A stretch of DNA of 64,000 nt from Dehalococcoidia bacterium (GTDB taxonomy: Bacteria; Chloroflexota; Dehalococcoidia; GIF9; UBA5629), in the NCBI GenBank assembly GCA_003142375.1, contig PLME01000020.1:42765-106764 (forward strand), written 5' to 3'. The notes under the pieces are model-generated. The model worked only from the letters and a program-made list of their open reading frames with translations. It was not told the origin of the DNA and made no database searches. The translations under genes and the position numbers were made by a program. Below, piece by piece: positions 37,086 through 44,754 of the stretch; the stretch's first letter is position 1; the number at the start of each line of letters is the position of its first letter.

Positions 37086-38630
37086 TTAACGGAAGACGGG
37101 TGGCAGAAGCTGCAGATAGTCCTTGCCGGTTACAGAGCCGGCGCACATAAACCCTGAGTGAACGGCGGCTTCGATGCCTCCCTCGTTAATCCGCTTGCCG
37201 TATGTATCTCCGGCAAAATATATTCCGTCCACAGTGGGGCATTTCACGTCTACCCATTCATCCTCCGGGGGCCGCCATAGTATGCAGGTATCCCCGACGG
37301 TAAACAGCTTGAAATCCAGGGCTTTTCTCCATCCCTGGAAGGCAGTGTCCGCAAACTTCAACATCCTGTCTATGACTATATCCACTTTCTTCTTATCATG
37401 CGCTTCATCAGCCAGGATACTGCTGGCCATGCCGAGAAGATGCTTGCCTTCAGGGGCACTTGTGGGCGCAATGGTCGACATGGAGACTACGTCCAGCGGG
37501 ACATTGCCCCTGAACAGCCCCTCGCTCTCAGGTATCAGCATGGACGTATGGTAGAAGGACCTGGGGTCCACTTCGAGTGCGCAGAAATCGCTGATGGGCC
37601 TGGTCATGCCGAACTGGGCGGCGACCATAGAAGTATGTATTATCCTTTTGGTCAACCTGACAAATTCAACCGGCAGCACGCTCTCCGGCAGTAGTTTCAG
37701 CAGCGCCCTGGGCGGTGCAGTGCAGACAACCACCGGAGCTTTTATTTCCACGGTTTTACCGTCTATTTCAGCTATAACGCCGGCCGCTTTTCCGTTGCGT
37801 ACGATAACCTCCTTAACCGCGGCATCCGTGATTATATCGCCGCCACGGTCCTTGACCACAGAGGCAAACCCTTCCGTGATAAAACGATGCCCGGGCGCTC
37901 CGGCGAAACCCCAGGAACCATTGGTTATATGCACACCGGTTTCCTGGACCTGCAAAAACACCTTCAAGTTCTCTCCGGCTGAGTTCAAGGCCGGGTCGTT
38001 GATTATGGTCTGGAAAGTCCCGATAGCGTAATGGAATTCCTGTGCCAACTCATTTCCGGTTATGCGCTCCACCCAATCTTTGAGGGTCACATGGTCCAAT
38101 TTCTCGGCTTCGGCTATGGTGCGCACCTGGAGCTTGCCTTTATGCACCTTGACCATCTCAGCGAAATCTTCATCGCTCATCCAACCGTACTTGCCTTTCC
38201 TGCTTATTATGTAGGGCTTCCAGTCATGGTCATACCAGACGAAGCCCACACTGGGGTAGAAAATAGAAGCCTTATTAAATAGCGCCAGGGCTTGACTCAC
38301 ACGTCCCCGGTTGGTAAACCATGCGCCCCTGCCGCCGGCTTCTAAAACATAGCCGTCAAGCATCTTTTTCTTTATAAGCACGGGAAGAGCGGGCTCTGTC
38401 CTGTCGCTTACCCAGGAGTGAGCGCACAGCGCCAGCGCTCTGCGGAACTGGTCGGCATTTTTGATGCCTTCCCCGCGGAATGACGTGGCGCGGCCCCCGA
38501 TCTGGGGCGCAGCCTCCAGGACAAGGACTTTCTTGCGTTCCATACCGGATAGTATGGCCCCGACAACCGAGCCAGCTATCCCGCAGCCAACTATTATGAC
38601 ATCATAGCTATCTGAGATTTTGACGGACAT
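37086..38630 (-). CDS. FAD-dependent oxidoreductase (phytoene-desaturase/amine-oxidase-like)
   Basis: Has the N-terminal dinucleotide fold YDVIIVGCGIAGSVVG...VLVLEA...GGR and a C-terminal FAD motif (IYFAGDTY). Substrate is unknown. Confidence 0.75.
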   Translation of the reverse strand: MSVKISDSYDVIIVGCGIAGSVVGAILSGMERKKVLVLEAAPQIGGRATSFRGEGIKNADQFRRALALCAHSWVSDRTEPALPVLIKKKMLDGYVLEAGGRGAWFTNRGRVSQALALFNKASIFYPSVGFVWYDHDWKPYIISRKGKYGWMSDEDFAEMVKVHKGKLQVRTIAEAEKLDHVTLKDWVERITGNELAQEFHYAIGTFQTIINDPALNSAGENLKVFLQVQETGVHITNGSWGFAGAPGHRFITEGFASVVKDRGGDIITDAAVKEVIVRNGKAAGVIAEIDGKTVEIKAPVVVCTAPPRALLKLLPESVLPVEFVRLTKRIIHTSMVAAQFGMTRPISDFCALEVDPRSFYHTSMLIPESEGLFRGNVPLDVVSMSTIAPTSAPEGKHLLGMASSILADEAHDKKKVDIVIDRMLKFADTAFQGWRKALDFKLFTVGDTCILWRPPEDEWVDVKCPTVDGIYFAGDTYGKRINEGGIEAAVHSGFMCAGSVTGKDYLQLLPPVFR

Positions 38631-38772
38631 ATTTCCCCTCCTTCCCTGGTACCGTCAGTTTAACAATGATACCACACACCTCTTTTAGCCACCGAGGCTG
38701 GCAAACGGCGGGTTATCAATCTACTATAAACTCAAGTCGGAATTGAAAGTACTAAGTCCTATGAGAGGACAT

Positions 38773-39744
38773 CTAAATACCCATTAAAGGGCAGGCCAGC
38801 TCGTTTTTGTCTCCCGATTTCAACCCTCGCGCCCATTTAAACAGCTTCTCACGGTCTAAGCGCAGTGACCCGTCGGCTTTGACCCTGCCAACCTGATTTT
38901 CCGGGTGGTCCAGCTTTACTGTGCATTTGTTGAGCGACCCATCCGCCCGCACCGCAAAAGAATTCAGTCTGGTCGCATAGCATAGGGGAAGCAAATCAGC
39001 TGTAGTCATCGGCTCAATACCAAGCTTCTTCGCTTGCCGCACCAGCTGTTCTAAAAGCGGGGCGCTGTGCTCATCATCGAGCACCGGCAGCTCGGAGTCA
39101 CGAGGACACCCCAGCCGCGACAATGGCCGTATAAACAATTTGAAACGCTTGTCCGTCGCAAACGTATCAGCATATAGATTGATGAGCTCTGCCAGGCTTG
39201 CGCAGTTATCTGTTGCCAGATGGATGCGGACCACCACGGTGAATTGATCCTTAATTCTCTTGAAGCTTTTAAGATTATTCCATATCTGTGTAAAAGTGCC
39301 GCCACCTCCGGCCAAAACCCGCTTCACATCGTGGGCCTGCCCTACGCCATCCAGCGAAATCTGAAAACGGCGCACTTCCAGGTCGATCAGCTCTTGAAAA
39401 ACCGACGGCTTAAGCAGAAAACCATTAGTGGTCATATCGGCAAAGTAGACCAGATTATCACGTCGCTCAGCCAAAATCATTGCCTGACGCGAGATTTTCC
39501 TTATCACATTCAGCGCCAGGAGGGGTTCCCCACCGAACCAGGAAATCCCAAGTTGGCTGAGGGTACTGGAACGTTGGCGTAGAAACCTATTAACGGATTC
39601 GACTACGCCGGGCGCCATGGTTCCTCCCCGGGCAGTCTCATAGCAATAAATACAGCGGAAGTTGCAGGCTTCGGTGGGAAATATGATTAACTGTAAATAG
39701 TCATCGGCTATTGCGCCGATAATATCGTCACCGGATACTTTCAT
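38773..39744 (-). CDS. Radical SAM enzyme (peptide-maturase-like, Twitch/partial-SPASM C-terminus)
   Basis: Has the CNFRCIYC (CxxxCxxC) cluster, GGEPLL, and a C-terminal DGSLNKC with only a few further Cys. The ATG at 39744 lies 4 nt after the stop of the Cys-rich ORF; the track start at 39777 is GTG. Confidence 0.8.
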   Translation of the reverse strand: MKVSGDDIIGAIADDYLQLIIFPTEACNFRCIYCYETARGGTMAPGVVESVNRFLRQRSSTLSQLGISWFGGEPLLALNVIRKISRQAMILAERRDNLVYFADMTTNGFLLKPSVFQELIDLEVRRFQISLDGVGQAHDVKRVLAGGGGTFTQIWNNLKSFKRIKDQFTVVVRIHLATDNCASLAELINLYADTFATDKRFKLFIRPLSRLGCPRDSELPVLDDEHSAPLLEQLVRQAKKLGIEPMTTADLLPLCYATRLNSFAVRADGSLNKCTVKLDHPENQVGRVKADGSLRLDREKLFKWARGLKSGDKNELACPLMGI

Positions 39745-39748
39745 CTTT

Positions 39749-40054
39749 TCAGACGCAATTGCACATGCTATTCCCACCGCAACCGCACCCTGCGAGGCAG
39801 GTGCACATACTATCCGCAGGTAAAGGCATCGGTGGTTTCGGTGCAGGGCCTGGTTTCGGTGCAGGGCCTGGTTTCGGAGACGGCTTGGGGAGGGATTTGG
39901 TGAACCTCGAACGGCGCGACTTTAGCCGGCTAACGGTTCCTGCTAATTTTTTGTCCCCTATTTTGATCCTGCCCAGATCGTCAACCTCAACCCTGTCCAT
40001 AGCAATCTGAATTATGCTGCCGCCTTTGTTTTTAGCCTGCCCGCTTTTTTCCAT
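39749..40054 (-). CDS. 101-aa Cys-rich precursor-like protein (candidate RiPP precursor)
   Basis: GGAGG lies 7 nt upstream of the ATG at 40054. The C-terminal tail MCTCLAGCGCGGNSMCNCV has 6 Cys in 18 aa and follows the Pro-rich linker KPSPKPGPAPKPGPAPKPPMPLP. The ORF is translationally coupled to the radical SAM gene. Confidence 0.65.
   Translation of the reverse strand: MEKSGQAKNKGGSIIQIAMDRVEVDDLGRIKIGDKKLAGTVSRLKSRRSRFTKSLPKPSPKPGPAPKPGPAPKPPMPLPADSMCTCLAGCGCGGNSMCNCV
39834..39877. repeat. 18-bp perfect tandem repeat (2.4 copies) inside the precursor-like ORF, encoding PKPGPA units
   Basis: ggtttcggtgcagggcct occurs twice, followed by a partial copy ggtttcgg. The repeat is in frame. Confidence 0.9.
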
Positions 40055-40094
40055 CACTGTACCTCCTCAATAACAACCCCGTTACCCTAAAGCA

Positions 40095-40123
40095 AAATTA
40101 CCATTATTGAAGATTTATGTCAA
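40095..40123 (-). promoter_or_regulatory. Putative sigma70-type promoter for the precursor/radical SAM operon (TTGACA-17-TAATTT)
   Basis: The minus strand reads TTGACAtaaatcttcaataatggTAATTT, about 40 nt upstream of the ATG at 40054. Confidence 0.45.
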
Positions 40124-40315
40124 ACCATTTTCAGCTTGAACCGGATTAATGGCGGGCGGACGATGATATAGAGCGACGGTCAAATACGCTTGACAAAAAG
40201 GTGTATAATTTAACCAACGCATAAACGATATACACAATAGAAAAATAAAAGACGGGTGGGGGCAAAGAAATAGCGTCCGTAAAGAGGTCACTTGGACGCC
40301 GTGGAGCGAGTAGTG

Positions 40316-40345
40316 AAACCGACCACTTAAGTGGTCGGTTTTTAT
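40316..40345 (+). terminator. Orphan plus-strand intrinsic terminator in the divergent intergenic region
   Basis: aaaccgaccac-ttaa-gtggtcggttt is followed by ttttatttta. There is no plus-strand ORF upstream of it. Confidence 0.6.
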
Positions 40346-40493
40346 TTTATTTACGATAGTCTGTGTGATAGCCAGGCCTGGAATCAGTAAACAGGAGTAG
40401 CTAAGGGGGGTGAGAGTGTTTGACAGATACCGGTTCAGGAATTGAGACAATTTTTAAACTTCACAGGATGGGATAGGAAAGGAGGGTGTTAAT

Positions 40494-40844
40494 ATGCCTA
40501 TAACTCTTGAACACGTCAAGGAGGCCACCAAACGAGCATTGGATGCCGGTACGTATAAACGCCTCAAAGGGCATGAGCACGTTGCGGTATTCATCAGGCC
40601 TGCTCCGCTCAAAGGCGGAACGGAGCTGCGAATTGGATACACAACGTACAAAGTGGAGAAGGATGCTTATCTTGTCTTCATTGATTTAAAGCATGATGCA
40701 AATTTTCAGCACCCCGTGCTCTACGAACTGCATAATCTTGAGGATGGCAGCATCCGAACCATCGAGGAGAAATACCCCATTGCAGATCAGGAGTTCGAGA
40801 GAAGCCTGATCCCCCACATCCTTCCGGGAAAGGAGGGTAAGTAA
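40494..40844 (+). CDS. Hypothetical 116-aa protein, first gene of the protease operon
   Basis: GGAAAGGAGGG lies upstream of the ATG, and the stop abuts the ATG of the next gene (40845). I recognise no family. Confidence 0.6.
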   Translation: MPITLEHVKEATKRALDAGTYKRLKGHEHVAVFIRPAPLKGGTELRIGYTTYKVEKDAYLVFIDLKHDANFQHPVLYELHNLEDGSIRTIEEKYPIADQEFERSLIPHILPGKEGK

Positions 40845-42764
40845 ATGACATACGCCAACATGTCCGCTTCGATCACCCGGCCAACGGCGGATCGCTATCA
40901 CGCCTTGTTATTTGTCGGGGTCTGTAATCGTGAGCGCTACGTATTGAGCCTCAACCGTTGGACAAACCTGCTTAATCAGATGTACGGCTATCCGCTCGCA
41001 AACATTCGGATTCTGGTTGGAACGTACAGCGGTTGGGCATCAATGGTAACCGGGACCGACGTCACGTATAACGCGACCAGGGCCCAGCTTGACACTGCAC
41101 TGGCTGACTACGCAGCAGGTGGTGCGCACGCGCTGGGGGCCAATGATAACCTGTTCATTTTCACCTATAACCACGGCGGTAATGATGCTGACAGCCTGGG
41201 GAGCTATCTCTGCTGCGAAAACTTCACAACTAAGTACTACGCCTCTGACCTTGCGACCAGAATCGGAGCAATTCACTGCAGACAGATTGTGCTCTTCGCT
41301 GCTCAGTGCGAGTCCGGTGGCTTTGTCGATCCGTTCATCGACGCTCTCTGGACTGGAACGCGTGGTGCGGTGATCGCAGCCAGCCGGGCGGATGAAGACA
41401 CGCAGGAGGCCGTTAGCGATAAGCTTTTCGCCTCAGCCTTCAACGGCCGCATGGTGCAGAACCCGCTGGATGACAATATAGACCTCGGCATAACCGGCGA
41501 AGGTAGTACCATGTACACCATTCCGGGATATCATACCAACCGGGTTGACTGGGGGCCAACCGGTGTCATAAGCACACGCGAGGCTTTTAATTGGGTCTAC
41601 GATCATTATGTCAATCACATCCACTCCAATCCCACCTACGCCTGGATCACGGAGGAGCCATTGTATAGACAGAAGGACTGGATGGAAGCAGACCAGCCGC
41701 TACACATCCGTCTGGGTGAACCCGATCTTGTCTTGCAGGATTGTGCCGCGGACACCGGCGAGGAGCCCAGCACCTGTGCCAACCCCTGGCAATCACCCGA
41801 CGTATATCCAGACAACACAGATCAGTTCCCTACTACCGGGCCCAATGAATATGTGCCAGCGCACGAAAACCGCTTCTTCGTCCGGACAGCCAACCGCGGA
41901 ACTGCTCCGTCCGACGACGTCTGGAGGGTACTTGAAGTCCGCGGTCTTGGTTTCACCGGTGGACCGGTTGGGCCGCCGCGAATCGACCGTGCTATTGAGA
42001 CCGTCGCCACCGAAACTGCTTCGGCGCGTTTGCGTCCCGGACGGGCGCATAGCCAGTATCAACGCATCCTGATCGGAGGCGATTTCGGGCACGGATGTAT
42101 CTCGGCAGCCGCTTTCAGCGGTGTTGATCAAATGAGCCACGGCCTCTGGAACATTGTTCCTGACAACGATCAGGCTCAGTGTAACCTCGACCCCGCTTCC
42201 GTTAGCGGCAGTGTTCCCGTCGACAGTTCCGATACCAACTCTAACGCCGGCACGATCATCCGTACAATTCCCGTATTCACACCGGAAGGCGGCACTTTCG
42301 AACTCCGCATCGGTGAACCGGATAAGAAATTGCCGGTCAAAATCCTGGCTAAACAGACTAAGCTGGCTCTTCGCAAAGGACAGCGGGGCGAATTCCGGCT
42401 TGAAATTCAGGTTGCCCCGAAAACCCCGGACGGGCTAGAAGGCAGGCATTCAGTGGCTATCATCCGTAATAAAAAGATCGTTGGCGGTGTGACCTTCCAG
42501 ATTAAGGTAGCTACCGCTTCCGCCAGGATTTTTGTCCATGATAATCGGGGACAGGATGTCCCCAAAGCAACGGTAGAACTTCGCCATCCCGGAGACCCGC
42601 GCATACTCACTGCTGTAACTGATGGCAAAGGGATAGCTTCCTTCGGACCACTCAACCCCGGATTCTACTTCGCCGGGATCAAGGGTGAACGGGCTGCGCC
42701 TGTCAGGATTCACATCGTTGCCGGGAAGGATAACTCTATCAAGATTGAAAAGGAAGGGAGGTAA
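40845..42764 (+). CDS. Clan CD cysteine peptidase, legumain (C13)-like, with beta-sandwich and carboxypeptidase-regulatory-like C-terminal domains; no signal peptide
   Basis: The catalytic dyad context is His-Gly in FIFTYNHGGND and Cys in VLFAAQCESGGF (legumain ACESG-like). A middle DLVLQDCAADTGEEPS...WQSPDVY domain follows. The C-terminal VHDNRGQDVPKATVEL...TDGKGIASFGPLNPGFY is CarboxypepD_reg-like. Confidence 0.7.
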   Translation: MTYANMSASITRPTADRYHALLFVGVCNRERYVLSLNRWTNLLNQMYGYPLANIRILVGTYSGWASMVTGTDVTYNATRAQLDTALADYAAGGAHALGANDNLFIFTYNHGGNDADSLGSYLCCENFTTKYYASDLATRIGAIHCRQIVLFAAQCESGGFVDPFIDALWTGTRGAVIAASRADEDTQEAVSDKLFASAFNGRMVQNPLDDNIDLGITGEGSTMYTIPGYHTNRVDWGPTGVISTREAFNWVYDHYVNHIHSNPTYAWITEEPLYRQKDWMEADQPLHIRLGEPDLVLQDCAADTGEEPSTCANPWQSPDVYPDNTDQFPTTGPNEYVPAHENRFFVRTANRGTAPSDDVWRVLEVRGLGFTGGPVGPPRIDRAIETVATETASARLRPGRAHSQYQRILIGGDFGHGCISAAAFSGVDQMSHGLWNIVPDNDQAQCNLDPASVSGSVPVDSSDTNSNAGTIIRTIPVFTPEGGTFELRIGEPDKKLPVKILAKQTKLALRKGQRGEFRLEIQVAPKTPDGLEGRHSVAIIRNKKIVGGVTFQIKVATASARIFVHDNRGQDVPKATVELRHPGDPRILTAVTDGKGIASFGPLNPGFYFAGIKGERAAPVRIHIVAGKDNSIKIEKEGR

Positions 42765-42850
42765 GGTGCTTACGGCCGGGGTGTCCGTGACCGGCCGCCC
42801 CGGCCTCTTTGGAGACTGCTCGAAATTGACAAAATTTATAGGGGGTCAGT

Positions 42851-43306
42851 ATGAGTGACTTTCAAAAAGACATAGAAACAATCAAAAACCCGAAAAACAT
42901 CAAGGAGGCGTTGTATGCCAGCGGGCCGGGCACTCTCTTAAAGGCCTTCGAGAAGGACCCGACGGTAATTCGTCTCATCCGGGGCGGCCCCAAGGTCATC
43001 CCTCTGATTTCCCAGGAAATTAAGGAGAACGGGCTGAAATTGCATCGCATCACCCTTTCCTGTTTTGCCTATATTCTCCAAAAGATAGATCCCGCTGCTG
43101 CTGCGGCGATACTAAAACCGCTTTTCATCCAGTCTATGAAGAAACCCGATCCGTTTTTCATCTATTTCGCTGCTCACGCCATTCGTCGAGACTTGAAGCT
43201 TCCGGTCAAATTGGATGACCCGGAATACTCTTATGGGGAGCTCCAGGAAACCATGGCATGGCTTGAACGAACGGAAAGGACCGGGCAAGGAGGTCAAAAT
43301 GCCTGA
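42851..43306 (+). CDS. Hypothetical 151-aa alpha-helical (HEAT/ARM-like?) protein
   Basis: An ORF within the operon whose stop overlaps the next start (ATGCCTGA). The helical-repeat impression is by eye only. Confidence 0.5.
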   Translation: MSDFQKDIETIKNPKNIKEALYASGPGTLLKAFEKDPTVIRLIRGGPKVIPLISQEIKENGLKLHRITLSCFAYILQKIDPAAAAAILKPLFIQSMKKPDPFFIYFAAHAIRRDLKLPVKLDDPEYSYGELQETMAWLERTERTGQGGQNA

Positions 43307-44717
43307 TACGCTCATCACCGGGTTTTATTCGGAAGCAGGTACAGCTCTGGAAATCTGGTCATATGATCCAAGTGTGACACCTGATCCTGATCCTGCAACT
43401 TGCCAGTACACCCACTTTAATCTCTCCACGGAAAATCTCGGGGACACTTGGCGCTACAACTGCTGGGGGTTTACTTTCCTTCCCCGGCGCTACTGGCTCA
43501 CAAGGTCTGCTGTGAACACCCTTCTCCAGGACAATTGTAACCCCGTTGCGGATGGATCTGTGGAGGTTGGAGATGTCATACGCTATCAGGACGGTGGTGT
43601 AACCGAGCACACGGGTCGGGTCTGGCAGACGGACGGCGCCGGCCATGCCACCTGGATACGGAGCAAATGGGGACCCAGCGGAGAGTACATTCATATACCA
43701 TCCGATGTCCCCGAAATCTACGGCACGGAACTGGCCTATTTCCGCCAGTGGGCTCCGCTACGCGGGGACCCCGCTGAAATAAACAAGATCGCTGATCTAT
43801 GGATAAAAGATTCGCCGGCTGATAACGGCGAACAGGGCCTTCGCGCCCCATGGTGGACGAGTCCGGACATTCTGGTTGATGCTTTCCCCTTCGATGGAGC
43901 CCCCGATCTCAACCCGTATTTCGATCATCCCAACCGCATTTGGGCGGTCGTGCGCAATCGAACCAACCAGCATGTCGACAATGTGTACGTCCGTTTCTAT
44001 TGGGCCGATCCGGCAGCCGGTCTTCCCCCTGCTTCCTGGAACCTCATCACAAGTCCGCCCCCAAACCCGGTGGGGCCTTACAGCATCGACGGAGATTCAA
44101 GCATTGAGACAGATTATGTGGAATGGACCCCTTCGGCCGCACCTTCCCATCAATGCCTGTTGGCGATCGCCTACATCAACGACAACCCTCAGGATTCCAA
44201 CAATCCTGACCCGATCGTATATCCGTTTGAAATCCCCTGGGATAACAATATTGCCCAGCGTAATGTCGAGGTAATGGAAATGGGGAACGGTTCGAGCGGA
44301 GGGTTCTCCATCCAGGTCGGTAATCCATTTCCTCATGACAAGGAAGTGGTAGCCTTCGTCACAGCCGTTCTCACTTTCAGTCCGAGGCTTCCTCTTTTCG
44401 GATTTCCCAAGGATATCCGCCCTCTAAAAATATCGCTCAATCTGGATAAAACGGGGGCATCTTCCCTGAAACCATGGGACAAAATTAAAAGGACCAAGGG
44501 CCCATTCATATCCGGCGATCCGTGCCAGAGGGAAAAGGCCATTGCCGGTCTGACCCTTCCGAAATTTACATTTCTGCCCCAAAAGCCACACCGTCTGGAT
44601 GTGAAGATTGATATTCCAAAGGACGCATTGAAAGGCTCGGTCTACTATCTACACATTTTCCAGACCATTAAGGGTGCGGTAACTGGCGGCTACACCGCGG
44701 TGGTTATAGTCGTTTAA
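43299..44717 (+). CDS. Protein with N-terminal Cys-His (papain/NlpC-like?) domain and C-terminal beta-sandwich domain shared with the C13-like peptidase
   Basis: The start is set at the ATG at 43299 (AAGGAGG 5 nt upstream) rather than the track start at 43215. Blocks WRYNCWGF ... IRY..GG.TEHTG ... RSKWGPSGEYIH recur in the 54570..55676 protein. DLWIKDSPADNGEQ...WTSPDILV parallels DLVLQDCAADTGEE...WQSPDVY in the peptidase. Confidence 0.6.
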   Translation: MPDTLITGFYSEAGTALEIWSYDPSVTPDPDPATCQYTHFNLSTENLGDTWRYNCWGFTFLPRRYWLTRSAVNTLLQDNCNPVADGSVEVGDVIRYQDGGVTEHTGRVWQTDGAGHATWIRSKWGPSGEYIHIPSDVPEIYGTELAYFRQWAPLRGDPAEINKIADLWIKDSPADNGEQGLRAPWWTSPDILVDAFPFDGAPDLNPYFDHPNRIWAVVRNRTNQHVDNVYVRFYWADPAAGLPPASWNLITSPPPNPVGPYSIDGDSSIETDYVEWTPSAAPSHQCLLAIAYINDNPQDSNNPDPIVYPFEIPWDNNIAQRNVEVMEMGNGSSGGFSIQVGNPFPHDKEVVAFVTAVLTFSPRLPLFGFPKDIRPLKISLNLDKTGASSLKPWDKIKRTKGPFISGDPCQREKAIAGLTLPKFTFLPQKPHRLDVKIDIPKDALKGSVYYLHIFQTIKGAVTGGYTAVVIVV

Positions 44718-44754
44718 GATTTCTAACAAATAAATTTACGGGGCAACTCCGGGT

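Noticed and set aside
40190-40209. TTGACA and TATAAT hexamers on the plus strand
   Set aside because: They are only 8 nt apart and so cannot form one sigma70 promoter. Only the TATAAT is kept, as a weak possibility in the sRNA finding.
40115-40450. 111-aa minus-strand ORF in the divergent intergenic region
   Set aside because: - It runs through the terminator hairpin and the promoter candidates.
- It has no RBS.
- Its hydrophobic, low-complexity sequence has no recognisable features.
The region is better explained as regulatory or possible sRNA.
43215-43298. Upstream extension of the 500-aa ORF in the track
   Set aside because: The extension lies inside the preceding gene. The ATG at 43299 has AAGGAGG 5 nt upstream and a typical ATGnnTGA-type start/stop overlap.
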